32,000 nucleotides of DNA, taken from contig CAVUPS010000001.1 in the NCBI GenBank assembly GCA_963743475.1, forward strand, positions 857,362-889,361, in the 5' to 3' direction. This document shows positions 8,244-16,033 of the stretch, in pieces (positions within the stretch are counted from its first letter, which is position 1; each line of letters begins with the position of its first letter). The notes below the pieces were generated by a model, which did no database searches, was not told the DNA's origin, and worked only from the letters and a program-made list of their open reading frames with translations. Source of the stretch: an uncultured Solirubrobacterales bacterium (GTDB lineage: Bacteria > Actinomycetota > Thermoleophilia > Solirubrobacterales > Solirubrobacteraceae). The position numbers were made by a program, and so were the translations under genes.

Positions 8244-9422
8244 TCAGTCGCGCTCGAGCAGCATTGCAATTCCCTGGCCGCCGCCGATGCAGAGGCTCAC
8301 GAGCCCCAGCTTCAGGTCGTTGCGTTCCATCTCCCCCAGGATCTTGGTCGTGATGATCGCTCCGGTCGCGGCGATCGGGTGGCCGAGCGCGATTGCTCCG
8401 CCGTTTGGGTTGACCTTCGCAAGATCGAGCTCGAGGTCCTGGCAGACCGCCAGGGACTGGGCTGCGAACGCCTCGTTGAGCTCGATTACATCGACGTCGT
8501 CGAGCCTCTTGCCGGCCCGCTCGAGCGCCTTGCGCACGGCGGGCACGGGCCCGATCCCCATCGTCTTGGGCTCCACCCCGCAGACCGCGTACGAGATGAT
8601 CCGAGCTCGGACCGGTACGCCCAGCTCCTGCGCACGTTGTGCCGACATGACGAGGACCGCTGCGGCGGCGTCATTGACGCCGGAGGCGTTACCGGCCGTC
8701 ACCGTGCCGTCCTTCTTGAAGGCCGGCTTGAGCTTCGCGAAGTCCGCCAGCGTGGCATCGCGTCGGAGATGTTCATCGACCCTGAACTCGGTGGTCCCCT
8801 TACGCGTCTTGAGCTCGATCGGCACGACCTCCTCGTCGAACCGGCCCGCCTCGATTGCTGCCTGAGCGCGGCGATGGGACTCCAGCGCGAACTCGTCCTG
8901 GGCGTTGCGAGAGATCCCATGAGACTCGCTCACGTTCTCGGCAGTAACCCCCATATGAATCTCATTGAATGGATCGGTTAGGCAGCCGACAACCGAGTCG
9001 ACCATCGAAGCGTCACCCATGCGCGCGCCCCATCGGGCGTTCTGCATCCAGTAGACGCCCCTGCTCATCGACTCTGCACCACCGGCCAGTACGACATCCG
9101 CATCGCCGGTCTGAATTGTCTGTGCGGCCGAGACGATCGCCTGCACGCCGCTACCACACAGGCGGTTGACGGTGAAGGCCGGCGCCTCCTTTGGGATGCC
9201 GGCCTTGATCCCGACTACCCGTGCCATGTACATATCTTCGGCGGCGGTGTGGATGACGTTGCCAAACACGACCTGCTCGACTTGCTCGGGCTCCAGCCCG
9301 GCGCGGTCGATTGCCGCTCGGGCAGCCGTGGCTCCTAGCTGTGCTGGAGGGACGTCGCGCAGACTCTTCCCAAACGACCCGATGGCAGTTCGGGCCGCCG
9401 ATGCGATCACAACATCGATCAT
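8244..9422 (-). CDS. Acetyl-CoA acetyltransferase (thiolase), 392 aa
   Basis: The start is the internal ATG at 9422 (MIDVVIASAARTAIGSFGKSL), preceded by AAAGGA. The upstream 60 codons of ORF 8244..9602 look non-coding. Thiolase motifs present: VNRLCGSG, GNASGVNDAAAA, NPNGGAIALGHPIAATG, LCIGGGQG. Confidence 0.9.
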   Translation of the reverse strand: MIDVVIASAARTAIGSFGKSLRDVPPAQLGATAARAAIDRAGLEPEQVEQVVFGNVIHTAAEDMYMARVVGIKAGIPKEAPAFTVNRLCGSGVQAIVSAAQTIQTGDADVVLAGGAESMSRGVYWMQNARWGARMGDASMVDSVVGCLTDPFNEIHMGVTAENVSESHGISRNAQDEFALESHRRAQAAIEAGRFDEEVVPIELKTRKGTTEFRVDEHLRRDATLADFAKLKPAFKKDGTVTAGNASGVNDAAAAVLVMSAQRAQELGVPVRARIISYAVCGVEPKTMGIGPVPAVRKALERAGKRLDDVDVIELNEAFAAQSLAVCQDLELDLAKVNPNGGAIALGHPIAATGAIITTKILGEMERNDLKLGLVSLCIGGGQGIAMLLERD

Positions 9423-9517
9423 GGTCGTTGTTCCTTTCGCGTTGCGCACCCAACCCAGCGGGCCAGGCGGGACTGCGCGATGAAGGACGCATCCCACGTT
9501 ACGCCGATTGTGCACCT

Positions 9518-9529
9518 GACACAAGTGTC
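9518..9529. promoter_or_regulatory. Operator-like palindrome GACAC-AA-GTGTC upstream of the thiolase gene
   Basis: Perfect 5+5 inverted repeat about 100 nt upstream of the thiolase start. A related GACTTGTC follows about 15 nt away. No regulator gene is visible nearby, so any function is inferred. Confidence 0.2.
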
Positions 9530-9811
9530 GGGCAATAGGGACTTGTCGAGCACAGTCACGTCGAGCGCGGCCGCTTGTGCTCGCTTGCGCTCGCTCGGGC
9601 ATCTCGACGTCCAGACGTTCCCGGCGCGGCGTAGGCCGTGGGCGCGGCCGTTGAGTGGATGAGGCTACACGCGGTGGCGTAGGCTCCGATGTCCATGCTG
9701 TTCAATCGGCGCGCGGGCGCCGTCACGCAAGACGGCGTTCCCCCCTGCGGGGCTCGGGCTCTCCCCCACCCGCTACCGCGCGATGGTTTGTCAGCGGAGG
9801 TGCGCGACGAG

Positions 9812-10510
9812 CTACTTCTTGGCCTGCTCGAAGTACGGGTTGGTGCCGGAGGCGTGGTCGGTGACGTCGACGACGCGGTTGATTTCGGGCACCGCCTGGG
9901 TGATGGCGACTTCGATGCCCTGGCTGAGGGTGACTGTGGCCATGCCGCAGCCCTGGCACCCTCCCCCTAGGCGTAGGTAGACGGTGGCGCCTTCGACGGC
10001 AGCGAGTTCGGCGTGTCCGCCGTGGCTGGCGATGGCGGGGTTGACGTCGCGGTCGAGCACCGCCATCACGCGACGCGCGAGATCGGTGTCCAGCCCGCCT
10101 GAGGGCGAGGGCCGAGGTGGACCCGGCGGGGGGCCGGGGCGGGCAGTTCCCGGGCTCATTGGCAGGGTCGGAAGTGGGACGGGCGGTCGAGAGGGTTTGT
10201 TCGGGTTGATGACCACGAAGCCGCCGCCCAGCCGGTTCTCGCTCCAGTCCACCGTGGCGCCGAGCAGCTTTGCGACGCTTTCGTGGGGCACCACGATGGC
10301 TAGATCACCCTGGTGCTGCACGGTGTCGCTGACGCGGACCTGAGTCTGCGGCTCCAGCGAAAGCGCGCAGACGTATTCGCCGTCGGCCGCGCCGGTGACC
10401 CGCACCGACAGGACGCAATCGCTCGGGTCGGGAGCGGCGGCGCGGAAGCCGCGCACGCGCTCGAGGGCTGACGCCGTGATGGCGAGGAGCGGTAGAGCTG
10501 CGTCGGCCAC
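9812..10510 (-). CDS. NfuA-like Fe-S cluster biogenesis protein (HesB/IscA-like N-domain, Pro-rich linker, Nfu C-domain)
   Basis: GTG start at 10510 (VADAALPLLAITASALERV). There is no Met before residue ~150, and any start further upstream would overlap the divergent gene. N-domain: ITASALERVRGF...VLSVRVTGAADGEYVCALSLE. Linker: NKPSRPPVPLPTLPMSPGTARPGPPPGPPRPSPSGG. Nfu domain: VNPAIASHGGHAELAAVEG...GGGCQGCGMATVTL. Confidence 0.8.
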   Translation of the reverse strand: MADAALPLLAITASALERVRGFRAAAPDPSDCVLSVRVTGAADGEYVCALSLEPQTQVRVSDTVQHQGDLAIVVPHESVAKLLGATVDWSENRLGGGFVVINPNKPSRPPVPLPTLPMSPGTARPGPPPGPPRPSPSGGLDTDLARRVMAVLDRDVNPAIASHGGHAELAAVEGATVYLRLGGGCQGCGMATVTLSQGIEVAITQAVPEINRVVDVTDHASGTNPYFEQAKK

Positions 10511-10527
10511 CGATCTACGATAGCGCC
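10511..10527. promoter_or_regulatory. 17-nt divergent intergenic region with two overlapping TANNNT -10-like hexamers, each 6 nt from a GTG start (candidate back-to-back leaderless promoters)
   Basis: Plus strand: TACGAT (10516-10521), then agcgcc, then GTG 10528. Minus strand: TATCGT (10522-10517), then agatcg, then GTG 10510. There is no room for a Shine-Dalgarno sequence on either side. Confidence 0.4.
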
Positions 10528-11775
10528 GTGGACCGCCTGCTCCTGATCCTGCCGTCGGCCACCTACCGGGCGCCGGACTTCCTGGCGGCAGCACGGGAGC
10601 TCGGCGTCGCGGTCACGGTCGCGTCCGAGCGCCGGGCGGCGATGTCGGCGGCGATGGGCGAACGTGCGCTCACCCTGCGGCTGTCGGACCCGGCAGTGGC
10701 GGCCGAGCAGATCGCCCAGCGTGCCCGGGAGACCCCGTTCGCTGCGGTCGTGGGCGTCGATGACCAGGGCGTGATGGCCGCCGCGCTGGGTGCCGAGCGC
10801 CTCGGCCTGCCCCACAACCCGCCGGCCGCCGTCGCCCGCACGCGCGACAAGGCGGCGATGCGCCGGGCGCTCGCGGAGGCCGGCGTCCCGCAACCGCGCT
10901 TCGCGCTGCTGCCCTATGGAGCCGACGTCGCGACGGTGGCGCGCGAGGTGGGCCTTCCCTGCGTCGTCAAGCCGCTGGGGCTGTCAGGCAGCCGGGGGGT
11001 GATCCGGGCGGATGACGGCGAGCAGGCGCGCTCGGCCGCCGAGCGCGTCCGGGGCATTCTCGCCGCCGCTCAGGAGCCGCCCGGCGCTCCGCTGCTGCTG
11101 GAGAGCTACCTGCCCGGCGCGGAGATGGCGATCGAGGGGCTGCTGCGCGGGGGCTGTCTGGAGGTGCTGGCAGTGTTCGACAAGCCCGACCCGCTCGAGG
11201 GGCCGTACTTCGAGGAGACGCTGTACGTGACGCCGTCGCGGCTGGCGACCGGCGTCCTGGCCGAGGTCGAGGCGGTCACTGCGCGGGCGGCGCGCGCGCT
11301 AGGGCTGCGGGAGGGACCGGTCCACGCCGAGCTGCGCGTGGACGGCGAGCGGGTGAGCGTCCTGGAGCTAGCGGCCCGGTCGATCGGCGGGCTGTGCTCT
11401 CGCGCGCTGCGCTTCGGTGCCGGCGTCAGCCTGGAGCAGGTGATCCTCCGCCACGCCTTGGGCCTCGGGCTCGAGGACCTGGCGCGGGAGTCGACGGCGT
11501 CTGGCGTGATGATGATCCCGATCCCCGAGGCTGGCGTGCTGCGCGCGGTCGAGGGGCAGGGGGACGCGCGGGCGGTGGAGGGCATCGGCGGGCTGGAGAT
11601 CACGATTGCCCGCGGCCGCGCCGTCGTGCCGCTGCCCGACGGCGACCGCTACCTAGGCTTCATATTCGCGCGCGCGGCGAGCGCCGACGCGGTCGAGCGC
11701 TCCCTGCGCTCCGCGCACGGCCGCCTACGGATCCGGATCGAGCCGCACGCGCCCGAGCCGGTCGCCGCGCGCTAG
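10528..11775 (+). CDS. ATP-grasp domain protein (carboxylate-amine/thiol ligase superfamily), substrate unknown
   Basis: MDRLLLILPSATYRAPDFLAAARELG pre-ATP-grasp domain. DKAAMRRALAEAGVPQP, LPCVVKPLGLSGSRGVIRADD, LLLESYLPGAEMAIEGLL and PVHAELRV...VLELAARSIGG follow the ATP-grasp layout. Confidence 0.8.
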   Translation: MDRLLLILPSATYRAPDFLAAARELGVAVTVASERRAAMSAAMGERALTLRLSDPAVAAEQIAQRARETPFAAVVGVDDQGVMAAALGAERLGLPHNPPAAVARTRDKAAMRRALAEAGVPQPRFALLPYGADVATVAREVGLPCVVKPLGLSGSRGVIRADDGEQARSAAERVRGILAAAQEPPGAPLLLESYLPGAEMAIEGLLRGGCLEVLAVFDKPDPLEGPYFEETLYVTPSRLATGVLAEVEAVTARAARALGLREGPVHAELRVDGERVSVLELAARSIGGLCSRALRFGAGVSLEQVILRHALGLGLEDLARESTASGVMMIPIPEAGVLRAVEGQGDARAVEGIGGLEITIARGRAVVPLPDGDRYLGFIFARAASADAVERSLRSAHGRLRIRIEPHAPEPVAAR

Positions 11776-11787
11776 CGTGGGTCACCC

Positions 11788-13194
11788 GTGCGCGTCCTGT
11801 TGATCTCCACCTACGAGCTGGGCCACCAGCCGTTGCACGTCGCGTCGCCGGCGGCCGCGCTGCGCCGCGCCGGGCACGATGTCCGCTGCCTGGATCTCAG
11901 CGTGCAGCCGTGGGACCACGGTGCGCTGGAATGGGCGCAGGCGGTCGGCTTCTCGGTGCCGATGCACACCGCCATGCGGCTGGCGCTCAGCGCCGGCCGC
12001 CGAGTGCGCCGCGAGCACCCCGGGCTGCCGATCTGCTTCTACGGGCTCTACGCCACGGTCAGCCGCGAGCTGGTAGAGCGTGAGCTCGCCGCGCGCGCGA
12101 TCGCTGGCGAGTACGAGCCGGCGCTCACGGCCTGGGTGGACGAGCTGGCGGCCCCGTGCGCGACCGCCCAGGCCGCCGGACGGCCGATCATCCACCTGCA
12201 GCGCGGCACCTTCGACCCGCCGGCGCGCGAGCTGCTGCCCGGACTCGAGCGCTACGCCCGCCTGGCGGTGGGCGGGGAGGAGCGGCTGGTCGGGTACGTC
12301 GAGGCCAGCCATGGGTGCGTGCATCGCTGCCGGCATTGCCCTGTCCCCGCCGTCTACGACGGGCGCATCCGCATCGTGCAGGCCGAGACCGTCCTGCGCG
12401 ACATCGAGCACCTGGCGGACATGGGCGCGCGGCACATCACGTTCGGCGATCCCGACTTCCTCAACGGCTGGCGCCACTCTCTGGCGATCGTACGTGCGCT
12501 CCACGAGCGCCGACCGGAGCTGACCTTCGACTGCACGACGAAGGTCGAGCACGTGCTCGAGCACGCCGACGTGTGGGATCAGATGGCCGCCTCGGGCTGC
12601 CTATTCGTTGTCAGCGCGCTGGAGAGCGTCAACGACGAGATCCTCGCCCGCCTCGACAAGGGCCACACCACCGCGCAAGCGGTGCAAGCCCTCGACCTGC
12701 TGCGCGAGCACGGAATCGAGACCAGGCCCTCGTTTATGCCCTTCACGCCGTGGACGACCCCGGCTGACGTGCTAGACATCGTCGACTTCGTCGCCGCGCA
12801 CGATCTGGTCGCCAACGTCGACCCGGTGCAGTACACGATCCGGCTGCTCGTGCCCGAGGACTCGCTACTGCTGGCGAGCGAGGACCTGCGCGAGCACCTC
12901 GGCCCCTACCAAGCCCAACGACTCAGCTACCCGTGGCGCTCAGCGGACCCAACAGCCGACCGGCTGCAAGGCCGCCTCAGCGCGCTGGTCCAACAGAGCG
13001 CCGCCGCGGAGGAAGCAATTGGCCTGACGTTCGCGCGCATCCGCACGGCGGTGCGCGAGGCCACCGGCGAAGCGGACGGCCCCGAGCCCGAGGCCATCCC
13101 CATGGGATCGACCGAGGGGAGGCCACGGCTCACCGAGCCGTGGTTCTGTTGAGCGGAGCCCACCGAGGACCAGTTCGGTCCTCTCACAGCGTGA
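11788..13194 (+). CDS. B12-binding-domain-type radical SAM protein with a C-terminal C-U-A-E-P tail; predicted selenoprotein (in-frame TGA 13150-13152 read as Sec), 468 aa if recoded
   Basis: GTG start 12 nt after the ATP-grasp stop. N-terminus MRVLLISTYELGHQPLHVASPAAALRRAGHDV. Radical SAM cluster motif EASHGCVHRCRHCPV (CxxxCxxC). The ORF track ends at TGA 13150-13152, but the codons read TGG TTC TGT TGA GCG GAG CCC = W F C U A E P. Thirteen sense codons (AEPTEDQFGPLTA) follow before TGA 13192-13194. I recall a RefSeq/NCBIfam family named CUAEP/CCAEP-tail radical SAM (seleno)protein; that is from memory and unverified. Confidence 0.8.
13165..13183 (+). other. Candidate bacterial SECIS hairpin (could also be a shared terminator hairpin of the convergent gene pair)
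   Basis: GAGGACC (13165-13171), loop AGTTC, GGTCCTC (13177-13183): a perfect 7-bp stem. It begins 12 nt after the UGA, and the apical loop containing GU sits about 20 nt after the UGA. The hairpin ends exactly at the stop codon of the convergent DsrE-like gene (13184-13186). Confidence 0.5.
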
Positions 13195-13549
13195 TCACAT
13201 GATCCGGCGGGTCTCCCGCCAGCGCCGCGTAGAGGTCGGGGAAGCAACCGACCCGCACGCCGACGACCGTTCCCGCCGGCAGCGCCGCGCCGATCTCCCC
13301 CTCGGCCAAGCCGCGCTCCAACGCGCACTGGTCACAGAGCATCAGCAGCATTCCGCGCTGGGCGGCCACTCGCCCGAGGCGCTCGCCCACCGGATCGCCC
13401 GCTCGGAGCAGGTAGGTGTTGTCGTCAAAGAAAAACATTCCGACAACCTCAACGCCGTGCGTGCCCTGCTCCAGCTGCGGAAGGATCATCCTCCCGAGCT
13501 TGTAGCTGGCCGTGTGGCCAGAGGTGGAGAACACGTAGGCAACCTTCAT
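13184..13549 (-). CDS. DsrE/TusD-like sulfur(selenium?)-relay family protein, ~121 aa (alternative GTG start at 13582)
   Basis: MKVAYVFSTSGHTASYKLGRMILPQLEQGTHGVEVVGMFFFDDNTYLL is a typical DsrE-fold N-terminus. The conserved Cys segment LLMLCDQCALERGL is present. The 3' end overlaps the extended rSAM ORF by 11 nt, in convergent orientation. Confidence 0.7.
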   Translation of the reverse strand: MKVAYVFSTSGHTASYKLGRMILPQLEQGTHGVEVVGMFFFDDNTYLLRAGDPVGERLGRVAAQRGMLLMLCDQCALERGLAEGEIGAALPAGTVVGVRVGCFPDLYAALAGDPPDHVITL

Positions 13550-13930
13550 CCCGGCGGGAGAGTAGCCGGAAGCCGCGCGCACCCGTTGCCGGTGGTGGTC
13601 CCGGAGGTCACATGACCATCACTCCCCGGTCAGAAGAGCCGCACCCGCGTCGTCAACGGCCCTGCCGCAGTCGCGTGGTCCCGGCAGCCACGGCCGCCGT
13701 ATCGGGACGATCGGTTTCGACGGGACGCGATCGCGCGGACCCGGGCGCCGCGACGATTCCTTTTCTTCTCGCGCCGGCGGGCAGCGCGCTACCGCAATGG
13801 CGACGTTTCAGCCGTCCAACTCTACGCGCGGGACCCCGACGAGGTTCGTTGTCACGCTTCCGAGGGAGTCAAGCGGCGTGCTGCGCGGGAGCCACTTGCG
13901 CCGTTCGGTTGCCTTGGCCGCAACCCTTAG

Positions 13931-13967
13931 ACCGCCGGGGCGACCACTTCCGTGACGCCCCGGCGGT
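13931..13967 (-). other. Very stable hairpin: 12-bp G+C-rich stem plus a 3-bp inner stem, capped on the minus strand by a GGAA (GNRA) tetraloop
   Basis: ACCGCCGGGGCG (13931-13942) pairs with CGCCCCGGCGGT (13956-13967). Inner CAC/GTG stem; the loop reads TTCC on plus and GGAA on minus. Function unknown; strand assignment rests only on the GNRA reading. Confidence 0.3.
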
Positions 13968-14219
13968 GGTTGAGGGAGGAGAGGGTGCTGCATCCGCCGG
14001 CGAGATATGAGGCCGGCGAATCTTCCGGCTCCTAGGCGCTGTCCTGGATGGCCCCGCGCGCGAGAAGCTCCTGCACCGATGAACGCGGGGGAGCGTTCGT
14101 GAGCGCTGACAATCGGGGACCGCGAGAGAACCTCTGCGCCCTGAACGGACCGACGTCCCTTGACGGCAACCGAATGCATGCTCTGCGCGGGTCTATTGCT
14201 CAGCGTCGTCTGCGTTTGG

Positions 14220-14561
14220 TCAGGCGGCCTTGAGCTCGGCCGGCGGCGGCGGTCCACACTGTGAGATGTCACGAGCGATACGCGTTGCGCTTGTCTGCTT
14301 CAAGCGGCCGGTGTCTATAAGCGCGCGACACAGACGCTCGACATCCTGCAGCGCCTCGCGTGCTCCGTCGTCCTGTAGCAGGTCGTGGCTGAAGAGGACG
14401 CTGTCCGCAGCGTGGCGGATGGCGTCCTGCTCTCGGCTGCCCAGCGTGCTCGCGCCCAGCTCGTTGAGAGTCTGGATGACTCGTCGATAGGCGTGGGCAC
14501 GTTCACGGGTCATTGTGCACCGAGCGGTAGAAGCCCGGGGTTGCGATGCGGCCATGATCAT
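14220..14561 (-). CDS. Hypothetical small helical protein, ~113 aa
   Basis: ATG at 14561 is preceded by GAGGAAG with 8-nt spacing. The alternative ATG at 14513 has no RBS. The sequence ERAHAYRRVIQTLNELGAS...ALQDVERLCRALIDTGRL looks protein-like, but I do not recognise a family. Confidence 0.5.
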   Translation of the reverse strand: MIMAASQPRASTARCTMTRERAHAYRRVIQTLNELGASTLGSREQDAIRHAADSVLFSHDLLQDDGAREALQDVERLCRALIDTGRLKQTSATRIARDISQCGPPPPAELKAA

Positions 14562-14976
14562 CGCTGCTACTTCCTCTGTCTTTAGCCGATTGACTAAGGA
14601 TCGGGGCGCAGTTTCATACGTGTGGCCAGCGTGCGGTCGAGTTCGTGGCACGGTCCGATGGCGCGCCTCGCGACGAATGCGAGCGCCAACGTCGACGTTC
14701 CCGCACGTCTGCGCCGACCCACCCGCGGCCGTAGGCGACCGCGGCGTCGGACGCCTTCTAATCTAAGGTAAGCGCGGAAAGCGCGACCCTGGTACGTGCG
14801 CTTCAAGTCGCCGGGCCGCGGCGCCGGATGGTGTCTGCGGAGGGGCTGCGCGCTGCGAAGAACGTGCCTGGGGGAAGAGGATCGTGGGCCGAACGTTGGC
14901 CACTTGTCCATGTCGCAACCGCGCCCTATGGATCAGGCTTCCGCCTGGTGGCACAGTTACGAGGAAAGGAGCGGCG

Positions 14977-16023
14977 ATGGATACCGCGGTCGTGACTCAC
15001 CCGACGCCGCGGCAGTATGGGATGGCGATGCCTCCGGAGTGGGCTCCGCACGAGCTCACCCTGATGGCGTGGCCAACGCGGCTTGAACTTTGGGGCGATG
15101 CCCTCGATATGGCGAAGCGCGAGTACGCCGCCGCCGCGTGGGCGATCGCCGGATTTGAGCCGGTGTTGATGGTGGCGGCGCCTGGCGCCGGCCCTGAGGT
15201 GCGAGAGGCGTGCGGCGAAGGGGTCGAGGTGCTCGAGCTAGCGATCGACGACTCGTGGATGCGCGATAGCGGTCCGGTGATCGTGACCGGAGCGGATGGC
15301 TGTCGTGCCGGGGTCGACTTCAGGTTCAACGGCTGGGGGGAGAAGTTCGTTCCCTACGATCGTGACGACGCGATGAACTGCGCGCTGCTGGCGCACTTGC
15401 GGATCGACCGGGTCGAAGCCGACTTTGTGCTCGAAGGCGGGTCGATCGCGGTCGACGGCGAAGGGACGTTGATCGCCACCGAGCAGTGCCTGCTTCATCC
15501 GTCGCGCAATCCTGCTCTGACCCGCGCTGAGCTCGAGAGCCGGTTGGGCGACTACCTGGGCATCGACAAGGTCGTGTGGATCCGGAGCGGGCTAGTCGAG
15601 GACTACGACACAGACGGGCATGTCGACAATGTCGCGGTGTTTGTCCGTCCGGGCGTGGTGCTCGCCCAGACCGTCGACGACGCGCGCGATCCTAACCACG
15701 AGCCGCTGGCCGAGAACGTCGAGCGCCTACGCGCTGCGACCGACGCGCGCGGGCGCCGGCTCGAGGTGATCGAGCTTCCGGTGTTGCCGCGCACCCGGGT
15801 GCGCGGGCAGCCCGGCGTGGTGCCGTACACGAACCTCTATATCGTCAACGGGGCGGTGGTCGTGCCGGTGTGCGGCGATGATCTGAGTCGCGACGAGGAG
15901 GTGCTGCGGATGCTCGCGTCAGTGTTCGCGCCCCGTGAGATTGTGCCCGTGCCTGGCCGGGGGCTGGCTGAGGGCGGCGGGGGCGTGCACTGCATCACCC
16001 AGCAGGTGCCGGTAAGCTCATAG
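14977..16023 (+). CDS. aguA: Agmatine deiminase
   Basis: ATG at 14977 is preceded by GAGGAAAGGAG. Motifs: MPPEWAPHE, DDSWMRDSGP, FRFNGWGEKF, EGGSI..DGEGT, DTDGHVDN, and the catalytic Cys in GGGVHCITQQ. Confidence 0.9.
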   Translation: MDTAVVTHPTPRQYGMAMPPEWAPHELTLMAWPTRLELWGDALDMAKREYAAAAWAIAGFEPVLMVAAPGAGPEVREACGEGVEVLELAIDDSWMRDSGPVIVTGADGCRAGVDFRFNGWGEKFVPYDRDDAMNCALLAHLRIDRVEADFVLEGGSIAVDGEGTLIATEQCLLHPSRNPALTRAELESRLGDYLGIDKVVWIRSGLVEDYDTDGHVDNVAVFVRPGVVLAQTVDDARDPNHEPLAENVERLRAATDARGRRLEVIELPVLPRTRVRGQPGVVPYTNLYIVNGAVVVPVCGDDLSRDEEVLRMLASVFAPREIVPVPGRGLAEGGGGVHCITQQVPVSS

Positions 16024-16033
16024 ACTCGCGCGC

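Noticed and set aside
13165-13183. Reading the hairpin purely as a bidirectional intrinsic terminator for the convergent rSAM and DsrE-like genes
   Set aside because: I have not fully excluded this. It ranks below the SECIS reading for three reasons: there is no U-tract on either strand, the hairpin lies inside an open frame, and the codons flanking the TGA spell the C-U-A-E-P motif. Both roles could coexist.
13583-14219. tRNA-Sec (selC), cobalamin riboswitch, RNase P, SRP or tmRNA in the structured gap
   Set aside because: I searched by eye for a UCA anticodon loop with matching stems, a T-loop GGTTCGA-type box, the B12 box with its GGGAA/GGTG core, and the RNase P GAGGAAAGTCC motif. None was convincingly present. 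GCCACTTG at ~13890 resembles a B12 box only in isolation.
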